Positions 41,590 through 51,285 of a DNA stretch of 64,000 nucleotides are shown in pieces; within the stretch, counting starts at the first letter, position 1, and each line of letters starts with the position of its first letter. The translations under genes and the position numbers were made by a program. Source of the stretch: Candidatus Margulisiibacteriota bacterium (GTDB lineage: Bacteria; Margulisbacteria; WOR-1; O2-12-FULL-45-9). The stretch is taken from positions 22,205 to 86,204 of the forward strand of contig JAYEOW010000024.1 in assembly GCA_034723395.1 (NCBI GenBank). The letters run 5' to 3'. The notes under the pieces were generated by a model. It saw only the letters and a program-made list of their open reading frames with translations, searched no databases and was not told the origin of the DNA.

Positions 41590-42527
41590 AGTTTACCTCC
41601 GCAAAGGTTAACAACCTCATCAACAATTTTCTTAATCGTTAATCCTTCTTCTTCCATAAGGCAAGTTGCGGAACCAACCCCGCAGAATTTATCATTAATT
41701 CCTATTCGTTTTACTTTCGCATTCCCTTGTTCCGCAACAACTTCACAAACTGCTCCACCTAATCCGCCTAAAAGATTGTGTTCTTCAACGGTAATAATTT
41801 TTCCAGTCTCTTCGGCTGCTTTCTGAACAGATATTTCATCCAAAGGTTTTACCGAAGCCATTTGTAGCACTCTAACATTTAACCCATGCTCTTTTTTAAG
41901 GATATCAGCCGCCTGCATACCTTCATACATCATAATTCCAGTGGTAATGATCGTCGCATCATTCCCTGATCTTATTTCAGTTGCTTTCCCGATCTCGAAC
42001 TTATCTTTCTCAGTATAAATATCCCAGGCATCCCCTGCACCTAAACGAATATAAACTGGCCCATTATGTTTAAAAGCAGCTTCAACAACCTGTTTCATCT
42101 CTGCAACATCACCAGGAACCAACACGGTCATATTTGGAATCGAACGCATAATTGCAATATCTTCGATCGCATGATGAGTTGTTCCTGCCGTACCTGTGCT
42201 TATCCCTCCATGAGTAACAAGAAATTTAACATTAAGATTCGGATAAGCAATTGTTGTCCGCACCTGTTCACAAGATCGCATTGAAATAAAACAGGCAAAC
42301 GAATGGGCAATGGGAATCTTGCCAGCCAGAGATAGTCCAGCCGCAATCCCAACCATGTTCTGCTCGGCAATCCCAACTTCGACATATCTTTCGGGATACG
42401 CTCTTTGAAATTGAATCGATTGCGTTGACTCTTTCAAGTCAGCCTCAAGTGCAACAATATTTTTATTTTTATTTGCTAATTCAACAATATATTTTCCATA
42501 TTCGTTTCTCATGCCCTGCATAGCCAT
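41586..42527 (-). CDS. transketolase, C-terminal subunit
   Basis: GIAEQNMVG.AAGL, R..EQ.R, THH..ED, VEEH...GGLG. Confidence 0.92.
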   Translation of the reverse strand: MAMQGMRNEYGKYIVELANKNKNIVALEADLKESTQSIQFQRAYPERYVEVGIAEQNMVGIAAGLSLAGKIPIAHSFACFISMRSCEQVRTTIAYPNLNVKFLVTHGGISTGTAGTTHHAIEDIAIMRSIPNMTVLVPGDVAEMKQVVEAAFKHNGPVYIRLGAGDAWDIYTEKDKFEIGKATEIRSGNDATIITTGIMMYEGMQAADILKKEHGLNVRVLQMASVKPLDEISVQKAAEETGKIITVEEHNLLGGLGGAVCEVVAEQGNAKVKRIGINDKFCGVGSATCLMEEEGLTIKKIVDEVVNLCGGKL

Positions 42528-43366
42528 TATTCGTGCTCCTTGATCAATACCGCAGCCTCTTTTTTAGCAACCTCGGCGTCTTCACCCTTAAGCCCGCCGC
42601 CATGCCACTTATGGGTATCTTCCATAAAAGAGATCCCTTTACCTTTTACCGTATTAGAAATTATTAATGACGGCTTACCACTTTCAAATGGAATCTTTTT
42701 TAGTGTAGGAAGAATCTGCTCAAAGTCGTGCCCATCGATTTCGACTACGTTCCAGCCAAACGCTTTCCATTTTTCAACATACGGTTCTAAATCCATTACA
42801 TCTTCAGTTCTTCCATCGATTTGGATCATATTCCGGTCAACAATGCCAATTAGGTTATCCAACTTATAATGCGCTGCCGACATTGCTGCTTCCCAGATCG
42901 ATCCCTCCTGGGTTTCGCCATCGCCCATCAATACATAAGTTTTATAATCTTTTTTATCCATCTTGGCCGCTAATGCTAGACCGATTCCGACCGAAAGCCC
43001 GTGGCCTAAAGAACCGGTACTCATTTCTACCCCAGGAACTTTATGCATATCGGGATGGCCGCCTAAAATACTATTATCCTGCCTAAAAGTTAGTAACGTC
43101 TCCTTATCAAAGAATCCTCTAAAATGCATTACCGCATACAATCCGATAGAAGAATGTCCTTTACTTAAGATAAAGCGATCCCGCTCATCCCAATCCGGAT
43201 TTTTTGGATCGATCTTTAACTGGTCAAAGAAAAGGGCGGTCATCATATCGACACTCGACATCGCTCCCCCCGGATGGCCGCAGCCGGCGCAGATCAGCAT
43301 ATCGACCATCGCATGCCTGGCTTGGGCCGAAAGTTTTTTTAGCTCTTTTATTTTACTTTTATCCAT
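42527..43366 (-). CDS. transketolase, N-terminal ThDP-binding subunit
   Basis: GHPGG.MS, DRFILSKGH, STGSLGHGL, GDGE.QEG..WEA, DGHD, KGKG. Confidence 0.92.
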   Translation of the reverse strand: MDKSKIKELKKLSAQARHAMVDMLICAGCGHPGGAMSSVDMMTALFFDQLKIDPKNPDWDERDRFILSKGHSSIGLYAVMHFRGFFDKETLLTFRQDNSILGGHPDMHKVPGVEMSTGSLGHGLSVGIGLALAAKMDKKDYKTYVLMGDGETQEGSIWEAAMSAAHYKLDNLIGIVDRNMIQIDGRTEDVMDLEPYVEKWKAFGWNVVEIDGHDFEQILPTLKKIPFESGKPSLIISNTVKGKGISFMEDTHKWHGGGLKGEDAEVAKKEAAVLIKEHE

Positions 43367-43376
43367 CAAATACTCC

Positions 43377-44834
43377 CTACTTCATCTTATATTGTGACTG
43401 CTGCGCGATACCGCTGTAATCGATATAAATGGTTTTCCATTCTGAGAATACATCGACCGCTTGCGTTCCCGGCTCCCGATGGCTATTGCCCGATTTTTTT
43501 AGCCCGCCAAAAGGCATATGCGGTTCAGAGCCAAAGGTCGGTCCGTTAATATAACAACAGCCGGCCTCCAGCTTATCCATTGCATGGACAGCTGAATCAA
43601 CATCTTTGGTAAATATCGAAGCGGTCAAACCATAATCAACTGAATTGACCATTTTAATTCCTTCCCCCAGCGATTTTATTTTAAATACGCACAATACCGG
43701 TCCAAAAATCTCTTCCTGGGCAAGCTTTGAATTGTGATTAACATCGGTAAAGATTGTCGGTTCAATATAATATCCTTTGGCATATTTTCCTTCAGCAAGC
43801 GCGTTCCCTCCATAGGCAAGCTTCGCCCCTGACTTCTTACCCTCTTCAATATATGAGAGGATGCGATCAAATTGCCGTTTATTAATGATCGGGCAAGAGA
43901 TCGAATCGGCTTTCGCTTCGGCCAGTAAAAGCTCCATAAACATTTCATAAACTTGTTCATGGATAAAAACACGGCTGGTCGCCGCACATCTTTGTCCGGC
44001 GGTTGAAAATGCTCCCGCAGCCACCGCTTTTGCCGCCGTTTTAAGATCGGCATCCGGCATAACGATCAATCCGTTTTTACCGCCCATCTCTAAAGAACAG
44101 GTTTTATTCTGTTTACCGCACTCCTCCGATATTTTTACCCCAACCTGGCTGGAACCGGTAAATGAAACTAATTTAACATCCTGATTTTTTACCAATGCCT
44201 CACCAGTTCCCGGACCGCTGCCGTATACTATATTAACCACTCCGTCAGGGATCCCCACTTCTTTTACCAACTCACCAAAATAATGGGCGGTTAGCGGCGT
44301 ATCTTCTGATGGCTTTAATACAACCGTATTGCCGCAGATAAGGGCCGGGAATAATTTCCAGGTGATAATCGCCATCGGCGCGTTCCAAGCGGTGATTAGG
44401 CCGCAAACTCCTACCGGATAACGTTTGGTCAACGCCCAACGCCTGGGGAGCGATGAATATGTAGTCTGCCCATACATTCTTCGCCCTTCTCCAGCCATAA
44501 AGTAAGCTACATCGGCGCTTGACTTAATGTCCCCCATCGCGGCCGGTGTCGGTTTGCCGTTTTCGTGAACAATAATTTCGGCTAGTTTTTTTTGGTCCCT
44601 CATCAACAGCTCCCCAACCTTATAGATCAATTCCCCTCTTCTAGGTGGCGGCATGTCGCTCCATTCCGCGTAAGCATTTTTAGCGGCTTCAATCGCTGCC
44701 TCAACATCTTTAGCATTAGATTTTGGAAATTTTCCGACTATATCCGATTTATCTGCTGGATCTATATTATCGAAATATTCCCCCGAACTTGGTTCAATTA
44801 GCTTTCCCCCGATTAGATTCTTGTACTTATCCAT
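43377..44834 (-). CDS. aldehyde dehydrogenase (2,5-dioxopentanoate dehydrogenase-like)
   Basis: [41 protein letters not shown]. Confidence 0.93.
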   Translation of the reverse strand: MDKYKNLIGGKLIEPSSGEYFDNIDPADKSDIVGKFPKSNAKDVEAAIEAAKNAYAEWSDMPPPRRGELIYKVGELLMRDQKKLAEIIVHENGKPTPAAMGDIKSSADVAYFMAGEGRRMYGQTTYSSLPRRWALTKRYPVGVCGLITAWNAPMAIITWKLFPALICGNTVVLKPSEDTPLTAHYFGELVKEVGIPDGVVNIVYGSGPGTGEALVKNQDVKLVSFTGSSQVGVKISEECGKQNKTCSLEMGGKNGLIVMPDADLKTAAKAVAAGAFSTAGQRCAATSRVFIHEQVYEMFMELLLAEAKADSISCPIINKRQFDRILSYIEEGKKSGAKLAYGGNALAEGKYAKGYYIEPTIFTDVNHNSKLAQEEIFGPVLCVFKIKSLGEGIKMVNSVDYGLTASIFTKDVDSAVHAMDKLEAGCCYINGPTFGSEPHMPFGGLKKSGNSHREPGTQAVDVFSEWKTIYIDYSGIAQQSQYKMK

Positions 44835-44845
44835 TATTTATCCTC

Positions 44846-45616
44846 CTACCAGGCGGTTAAACCGCCGTCGATTATAATATTTGATCCGGTAACATAAGAC
44901 GATGCGTTAGAAGCGAGAAAGATCACTGCTCCGTTGTATTCATCTTCGTTGGCCATCCGACCTAATGGAACCTTATTACAGTAGCCTTCAAGAAACTTTT
45001 CATCCTGTCCGTTAAATACCCCGCCCAATGACAATGTGTTGACTCTGACTCCCTTCTTTGCCCAGTAAGTAGAAAGATAGCGGGTTAGGTTTAATACCGC
45101 TGATTTAGTAACCGAATAACTGACCGGCTTATAAAAGTTATTCCGGTATTCGTAAATTCTCTGGTCTGGAGAAACATTCCCATAGATCGATGAGATATTA
45201 ATGATACTTCCTCCGCCATTCTCTGCCATGTGCTTCCCGATTACCTGGCAGCAAAAGATCATCCCTTTTAAATTAACATTATAGGTTTGATCAAGCGAAC
45301 TTTCGGGATAATCTTCAAACGGGCCATTTTCATCGGCAGAAGCATTTGGCGGCGCGTCCAACGCTGCGTTGTTAATTAGAATTGTCGGCGAACCTAGATC
45401 GTTCACTGCTTTATCCAACGCTTCTTTAATCGAGCTTTTTTTTGTAATATCTACTTTATAAGAAGCGTAGTTTTCGCTATTTTCCTTCTCAGCATCGGTC
45501 CGAATATCAAAAACAGCAACTTTAGCTCCAGCATCAAGCAAAGCTTTTGTATATTGAGATCCCAATTGACCCAAACCTCCGGTCACGATCGCTATTTTAT
45601 TTTTTAAGTTAAACAT
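44846..45616 (-). CDS. short-chain dehydrogenase/reductase (PtmA-like)
   Basis: TGG.G.LG, NNAA, SSIYG..SPD...Y, YSVTK, P.GRMA...E. Confidence 0.88.
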   Translation of the reverse strand: MFNLKNKIAIVTGGLGQLGSQYTKALLDAGAKVAVFDIRTDAEKENSENYASYKVDITKKSSIKEALDKAVNDLGSPTILINNAALDAPPNASADENGPFEDYPESSLDQTYNVNLKGMIFCCQVIGKHMAENGGGSIINISSIYGNVSPDQRIYEYRNNFYKPVSYSVTKSAVLNLTRYLSTYWAKKGVRVNTLSLGGVFNGQDEKFLEGYCNKVPLGRMANEDEYNGAVIFLASNASSYVTGSNIIIDGGLTAW

Positions 45617-46100
45617 TTTCTATCACCTTAACTGCAGCAATCATGTCACACACTTCTCTAACCGCACCACAACCACCTTTGTTTTTGGTCGTATATTTCG
45701 CATATCCCAAAACATCCTTATGAGCATCTGCTACAACAATTGGTAATCCAACCGATTTTAAACATTCAAGATCATTTATATCATTTCCCATAAAAGCAAC
45801 TTCTTCCATCGTCAAGAATTTTTTCTGAACCTCTTCCTCTAGTTTATTTAATTTATCTTCGCATGCATTTACACAATATATCTTTAATTTTTCAGCCCTC
45901 TTTTTAACTACTCCATTTACTTCAGTAGATAAAATCATTAGATCAATACCAATGTTTTTCAATTTTGACAAGCCGATCCCGTCCGATCTATTACAAACAA
46001 CCGACTCTTCACCCTTCTCGCTAACCATCACTAAATTATTTGTAAACACACCATCAAAATCAAATACGACAAATTTAATTTTAGAAAAATCCAAAGTCAT
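45609..46100 (-). CDS. KdsC/YrbI-type ulosonate-phosphate phosphatase
   Basis: FDFDGVFT, R.DG.G, GNDIND, GG.GAVRE. Confidence 0.88.
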   Translation of the reverse strand: MTLDFSKIKFVVFDFDGVFTNNLVMVSEKGEESVVCNRSDGIGLSKLKNIGIDLMILSTEVNGVVKKRAEKLKIYCVNACEDKLNKLEEEVQKKFLTMEEVAFMGNDINDLECLKSVGLPIVVADAHKDVLGYAKYTTKNKGGCGAVREVCDMIAAVKVIENV

Positions 46101-46103
46101 TTT

Positions 46104-47156
46104 TTATTGCTCCAAATACTCAAAGGATAAGAGAGCTTCTTCTTCCAGGTCCTGTTTAATCTTCTTCCCAATTACGTCATGTATTCGCGAAGGCGGGATC
46201 CCCGATCCCGGGCTCTTGTAAACGATCAGCTCCTCAGATATTACAGTCCCTTTTTTAAGATCATTCTTTAACATAATACTTTTACCCATTTTCTCTTTAG
46301 CTGACCGCTCAAAATCGTGGCATTTTTTCTCATATGAGCCAAAAGCCTCCCTGATTCGGTTAAGGTCACGGACCATTTTTCTTAAACCTTGCGGTTCAAG
46401 CGAAAATTTATGGTCGGTCCCTTTCATCGTTCGATTTAAGGTGAAGTGTTTTTCGACCATTCTCGCGCCTAATACATAGGCAACGACCGGAATAACGATC
46501 CCGTTATCATGGCCCGAATAGCCGATAATCGCTTCAGGGAACTCCTCCTTCAATGTCTTTATAACATTAAGGTGAATATCCTCAGGTTTTGCCGGATAGG
46601 ATGCGGTACATTGCATAATACATATCTGGTCGGTATGTTTTCTTAAGATTACGTAAGCAGCTTTTACCTCCTCCAGATCACAAGCCCCGCTTGAAATAAT
46701 TACCGGCTTCTTCTTGCTTCCCACATAATCGAGCAGTGGATGGTTAGTTATATCTCCAGAAGCAATCTTATAGGCGGGGACGCCGATCTCCTCAAGAAAA
46801 TCTACACTCTCAAAATCGAAAGCGGTGGCAAAAAAGATCAGCCCTTTATCTTCCGCATACTTTTTTAGCTCCAGATATTCAGCCTTGCCAAATTCCAGCG
46901 CCTCCCGGTGAGCGCCATAGGTCAGACCGAAGCTATTCTCATTCTCATATGGTTTGTTAAACATCGCCGTGGTATAAAGCGATCGATTGGCTCTCTTTTG
47001 CAGTTTTACTGCCTGGGCGCCGCAAAAGGCCGCTTCATCGATCATCTTCTTGGTGGTCTCGATATTCCCCTGATGGTTGTGTCCGATCTCGACGATCACG
47101 AAACAGGGGGAATCGTCAGATATTATCTTACTTCCTATTTTAATTTCCTTTTTCAC
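46104..47156 (-). CDS. NeuB-family ulosonate(-phosphate) synthase with SAF domain
   Basis: EIGHNHQG, KLQKR, KIASGD, GYSGH, EKHFTL.R...GTDH..SLEP. Confidence 0.9.
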   Translation of the reverse strand: MKKEIKIGSKIISDDSPCFVIVEIGHNHQGNIETTKKMIDEAAFCGAQAVKLQKRANRSLYTTAMFNKPYENENSFGLTYGAHREALEFGKAEYLELKKYAEDKGLIFFATAFDFESVDFLEEIGVPAYKIASGDITNHPLLDYVGSKKKPVIISSGACDLEEVKAAYVILRKHTDQICIMQCTASYPAKPEDIHLNVIKTLKEEFPEAIIGYSGHDNGIVIPVVAYVLGARMVEKHFTLNRTMKGTDHKFSLEPQGLRKMVRDLNRIREAFGSYEKKCHDFERSAKEKMGKSIMLKNDLKKGTVISEELIVYKSPGSGIPPSRIHDVIGKKIKQDLEEEALLSFEYLEQ

Positions 47157-47878
47157 GAAATGCCTCCTTGTCGTAGTATTTCAAACACCTCAGCATGCTT
47201 AAAATCTTTATTTTTTGCCCTCATTTCTGATAGCTCAAAAACAGATTGAGGAGAAAGAGACGCTGGATACTCCCGTAGCTCACTTTTATAAGCTCTTAGA
47301 GCCTCAAGCTTTAACTGAATGGAAATTGTAATGTCAACAAAATGATTGGGCTTAATATTATTTACAGCTTTTGGAGGCAACACATCTATATTCCCCGGTA
47401 TTTCATAACAATATATCGACTCTGCCTCTTTGCTTATTTGACGACTCTTCCTAAATGCAGTTATGGTTGCCTCACAGCATACTCGATGATCCTTGTTCAG
47501 ATCACCCCAGTGGTGCGTATAAACTATATTAGGCGGAAAGTCTTGAGCAACATATTCTATTTTTTTAACTATATCAAGTAATGGAAACTGGTCTAAGCGT
47601 TGGTCAGGCAAACCAAAATAATGAATATCATCTTTCTGCAAACCTATGATCTTGGCTGCCTCATAAAGTTCGTTCTTTCGTGTTTCTATTTGATCATGTG
47701 CTATTTTATTAAGTTCCACATTCTGCATCCCAGGAGAATAAAAACGTGAAGTCACCCCATCTGCGACAATAACAACGCGTACTTTATCTCCGCCTCGATA
47801 ATGCTTGGCAATTGTTCCTCCGCAGCCTAATATCTCGTCATCGGGATGAGCTGCAATAACTAATACATTTTTACTCAT
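47153..47878 (-). CDS. PIG-L/LmbE-family N-deacetylase
   Basis: AAHPDDE.LG.GG, YTH..GD...DH. Confidence 0.88.
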   Translation of the reverse strand: MSKNVLVIAAHPDDEILGCGGTIAKHYRGGDKVRVVIVADGVTSRFYSPGMQNVELNKIAHDQIETRKNELYEAAKIIGLQKDDIHYFGLPDQRLDQFPLLDIVKKIEYVAQDFPPNIVYTHHWGDLNKDHRVCCEATITAFRKSRQISKEAESIYCYEIPGNIDVLPPKAVNNIKPNHFVDITISIQLKLEALRAYKSELREYPASLSPQSVFELSEMRAKNKDFKHAEVFEILRQGGIS

Positions 47879-48569
47879 TATCTTCTCCAGCTAAACTGAT
47901 TTTTACCTTTGCATCAATATAATGATCCTTAAACTTTGCCTGAGAAAACTCAATTTTTACGTTTTTATTCTTTAAAAATGCTGCAGGATAGCCCTCTGCG
48001 TCTAACATCCTGATATGATCATATATTTCCATTAAGGAATTTAACGCGGCAATACTGCTCTCTTCCGGTTTTCTTCGCTTAAATATTGTCACTTCTCCTA
48101 CTTGCTTTTTTGGAGCCGGACTATGCTCAATTATCTGCGGGATCATTTCTTCGAATATAGTTTTACTAGCACGCCGATAGATTTCTCCGGCCGAACCAGC
48201 TAAATCCAGCTCTTTTTTTAAATATACCGGTCCCGCATCCAATTCTTCCACAACTTTAATCGCAGATATTTTAGTGTTACGAATCCCCCGTTGAATTAAA
48301 TTTTGCAACGGGCTTCCGCCTCTACCAAAAGGAAGATCGGTCATGTGGAATAAAATACATTCCCAGTGATTATATACTTCGTTCGGGATCTTCCAGGACC
48401 AATGCGGAAAAAATATATATTTTGGATTTATTTTTTCTAAATACTCCTTCGACAACATAGATTTTTCAGACACAACAAAAACATCATAGCCGATCTGTCC
48501 TCCGATTTTATTCGCATAGTCGATGTTCCACGATTTTATTGTAGCGATCACAATACTGCCTTTGCCCAC
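47871..48569 (-). CDS. sugar N-formyltransferase
   Basis: FPHWSW, FHMTDLP.GRGGSPLQN, LDAGP, IRMLDAEGYP.AF. Confidence 0.82.
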   Translation of the reverse strand: MGKGSIVIATIKSWNIDYANKIGGQIGYDVFVVSEKSMLSKEYLEKINPKYIFFPHWSWKIPNEVYNHWECILFHMTDLPFGRGGSPLQNLIQRGIRNTKISAIKVVEELDAGPVYLKKELDLAGSAGEIYRRASKTIFEEMIPQIIEHSPAPKKQVGEVTIFKRRKPEESSIAALNSLMEIYDHIRMLDAEGYPAAFLKNKNVKIEFSQAKFKDHYIDAKVKISLAGEDNE

Positions 48570-49205
48570 CTAAGCCTCCTCCTTATATATCTTCAATAAG
48601 TATTTTTTGCCTTTATTCGAGAAAAAGGCAGGGTAACGGTCGTTATCAACTACCCTCAGCCTGTTAAATAAATCTTTCAAAGGAACATCAATTGGCAACT
48701 CACTGTCCCTTGGGCCTCTCCTAGGATAAAAACTTTCGCTGCCTTCTTGTTTTTTACGGACATTATCTGGATAATCTTTAAAGAACCTGCATACCAACTC
48801 AACAGTTTTTTTTCCTTGTTTTTCCCTAAGCTCACCTATAAGTTCATGCCCCTCGAATACTATTTCGTCTTTCAGATAAATATCCCCACTATCAACATCA
48901 GCATTAGCTCCAAATAACACTATTGGAACCCTGTTTTTCCCCTCAATAATTTGCCAAGTTAATGGGGACCAGCCTTTACCCGACGGCAAATCGCTCTCAT
49001 GCACAACTAGATTATGTTTATTTCTATCAAGAATTGACTGAGGAATTATTTTTTCATAACCCAAAATAACTAAACATCCCCCTCTTATAACATCATTATG
49101 ATCATAAAAAACTTGCACAGCATGCTCCCGGTTCAGCTTTTCGCGAATCTGCTCTACAAAAGGCCTAATCCAGCTCTTTTTTTCAGTAAGAATTGATACA
49201 ATCAT
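48570..49205 (-). CDS. sugar N-formyltransferase
   Basis: VVHESDLP.GKGWSPL.WQI, VDSGDIY, LRVVDN..YPAFF. Confidence 0.82.
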   Translation of the reverse strand: MIVSILTEKKSWIRPFVEQIREKLNREHAVQVFYDHNDVIRGGCLVILGYEKIIPQSILDRNKHNLVVHESDLPSGKGWSPLTWQIIEGKNRVPIVLFGANADVDSGDIYLKDEIVFEGHELIGELREKQGKKTVELVCRFFKDYPDNVRKKQEGSESFYPRRGPRDSELPIDVPLKDLFNRLRVVDNDRYPAFFSNKGKKYLLKIYKEEA

Positions 49206-49206
49206 C

Positions 49207-50256
49207 TCAGCTATACATGCTCCTACCTAAAGGCGTGCCGGCCTTAACCGTTTTACGAGCTTTTCTTCCTAATATCGCCTCATAATGCTTTGGTTTCATC
49301 CCATTTGAAGGGCGCACAATACGCAAATTTCCTTCATTAAACAATTCCCCTTTTTGCGTATCCTTTACGATAAATATTGACCTTCTAAATACTTTACTCA
49401 TCTTCTCTTTTTGTGTTAACCCATAAAACCTTTTACCAATTGCTTTCTCCACCAATCTGACATTTTTTACGAGGTCTCCCATTTCTCCCGGTTCAATAGA
49501 GAAGAATGAGTCAGGGTTTTTTATCTTTCTCGATATTGTAAAGTGCTTCTCGATTACTTTTGCGCCTAAAACTACTGATGCTATAGCCACCCCTATCCCC
49601 AAACTATGATCCGACAGACCAACATGGACCTTAAAACGTTCTCTAAGGTCTTCAATTGTCTTAATGTTCATGTCGGAAGGATCAGCAGGATAACTACTGA
49701 CACATTTTAAAAGGACCAAGTCCTCACAGCCATGCTTCCTTAAGGCGGCCACGGCTTCCTTGATTTCTTGTAAATTCGCCATCCCCGTAGACATAATTAC
49801 TGGTTTCCCCGTCTGAGCAATGTATTTAAGAAGAGGAATGTCTACCAGCTCAAATGAAGCAACCTTATAAACAGGAACATCCTGCTCTTGAAGAAAATCT
49901 ACCGCACTTTTATCAAAAGGCGTAGAAAACAAGGCTACCCCTTCATCTTCCGCTACTTTCTTTAAATCTTTATGCCATTTCCACGGGGTATAGGCCTTTT
50001 TATATAAATCATACAAGCTTTGACCACCCCATTTTGGGTGCTTAACCATAAACCACTTCCGCTTCGAAGGAATAGTCATCGTATCCGGCGTATAAGTTTG
50101 GATCTTTACCGCATCCGCCCCCGATTTTTTAGCCGCACGGATAATCTTTTTTGCAATCTTTAGATCTTGTGCATGATTTGCCGACATCTCCGCAATGATA
50201 AAGCACGGCTCTTTCTCTCCGATATATTTATTTTTTCCGATTTTTATCTTCTTCAT
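49207..50256 (-). CDS. pseI: pseudaminic acid synthase
   Basis: IAEMSANH, K.QTYTPDTMT, LY.LY..AYTPW.WH, KVASFE..D, GLSDH, DS.FS.EP. Confidence 0.9.
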   Translation of the reverse strand: MKKIKIGKNKYIGEKEPCFIIAEMSANHAQDLKIAKKIIRAAKKSGADAVKIQTYTPDTMTIPSKRKWFMVKHPKWGGQSLYDLYKKAYTPWKWHKDLKKVAEDEGVALFSTPFDKSAVDFLQEQDVPVYKVASFELVDIPLLKYIAQTGKPVIMSTGMANLQEIKEAVAALRKHGCEDLVLLKCVSSYPADPSDMNIKTIEDLRERFKVHVGLSDHSLGIGVAIASVVLGAKVIEKHFTISRKIKNPDSFFSIEPGEMGDLVKNVRLVEKAIGKRFYGLTQKEKMSKVFRRSIFIVKDTQKGELFNEGNLRIVRPSNGMKPKHYEAILGRKARKTVKAGTPLGRSMYS

Positions 50257-51284
50257 TCACTCATCTCCCGCATCTCAGATACTACTCTTTTTCTCCCTTC
50301 TCCATCCACTAAATTACCGAAATTATCCGCAAGCTGATGCCTAAATATTTTGTCTTTATAAATCCTTTTAATCATCTCAACCATTCCATCCGTATTCAGC
50401 TGGTCCAACCAGCCCATATTTACGCAACATTTTTTCTGGTCCAAACTTTCTGCAATGGGTAATTGGTTTTGTGCAATTACTACGGTCAGTGTAGGAACTT
50501 TGAAATAAGCTAGCTCCCACAGTGTGCTTCCCGCCGCGCTGATGGCCATGTCTGCATTTCTTTCTATTTCTGGCGAGAACTTATCAGCGCCAATAAAACG
50601 AATCTTATGCTTGGAGCGGCTTTTCATCTTTTCTAAGTTATCCATCAACATACCGTTCATTCCAGTTAGCACGTCGATCTCAATTTTTTCCTCTATTGCC
50701 TGATCAATTGCAGATACTAGAGCAATTATCCCTTCTGCGGTAGCCATCCCTGCGCCAAGATTTACTAGAACCTTTCGAATATCTCCATTTTTTTCTCCAG
50801 GACTTAAGTGCAAAAACTCGTTCCGGACCAATGCATATTTTGTTCCTAACAACATTTTAGAGCCGTCATGCTGATAATCTGAAACATCCACCCAAGGATT
50901 TTGATTTACCACTATATCCGTTACGTATTTTGTTTCAGCAATATCATCAATGCATAACAGTTTGTATCCGGCTCCTTTTATCTCCTTCTGATACGTATCA
51001 ACAAAGCGATAACCATCGAGAACAACCCACTCGACCTCAAAAGATTTAGCGATAGCAATTGTCTCCTTTGCATCAGCCAACAAATCATCGGATTCGATCA
51101 TCTTGCAAGATATTCCGTTATTCGCTAAGTTCAACTCCATTTGCGCAAACAAATGTCTGGCCACAAAAATAATATCGAATCCCTGCAGCTTTAACTCCTG
51201 GGCCAGCGCTATGCAGCGCATAACATGTCCTCCGCCAATTTTTGAACTTGCATCCGCCCTAAATAATACTTTTAGTTTGCTCAT
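50253..51284 (-). CDS. pseG: UDP-2,4-diacylamido-trideoxy-altropyranose hydrolase
   Basis: FRADA...IG.GHVMRC.ALA, DGY, IDD, G..YAL.R.EF, AAGST.WE, A.NQ. Confidence 0.85.
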   Translation of the reverse strand: MSKLKVLFRADASSKIGGGHVMRCIALAQELKLQGFDIIFVARHLFAQMELNLANNGISCKMIESDDLLADAKETIAIAKSFEVEWVVLDGYRFVDTYQKEIKGAGYKLLCIDDIAETKYVTDIVVNQNPWVDVSDYQHDGSKMLLGTKYALVRNEFLHLSPGEKNGDIRKVLVNLGAGMATAEGIIALVSAIDQAIEEKIEIDVLTGMNGMLMDNLEKMKSRSKHKIRFIGADKFSPEIERNADMAISAAGSTLWELAYFKVPTLTVVIAQNQLPIAESLDQKKCCVNMGWLDQLNTDGMVEMIKRIYKDKIFRHQLADNFGNLVDGEGRKRVVSEMREMSE

Positions 51285-51285
51285 T

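Noticed and set aside
39525-43366. Reading the PanE-like and transketolase genes as housekeeping pantothenate or pentose-phosphate genes
   Set aside because: They are translationally coupled inside a NeuB-NeuA block, so no gene symbols were assigned. A housekeeping role cannot be fully excluded.
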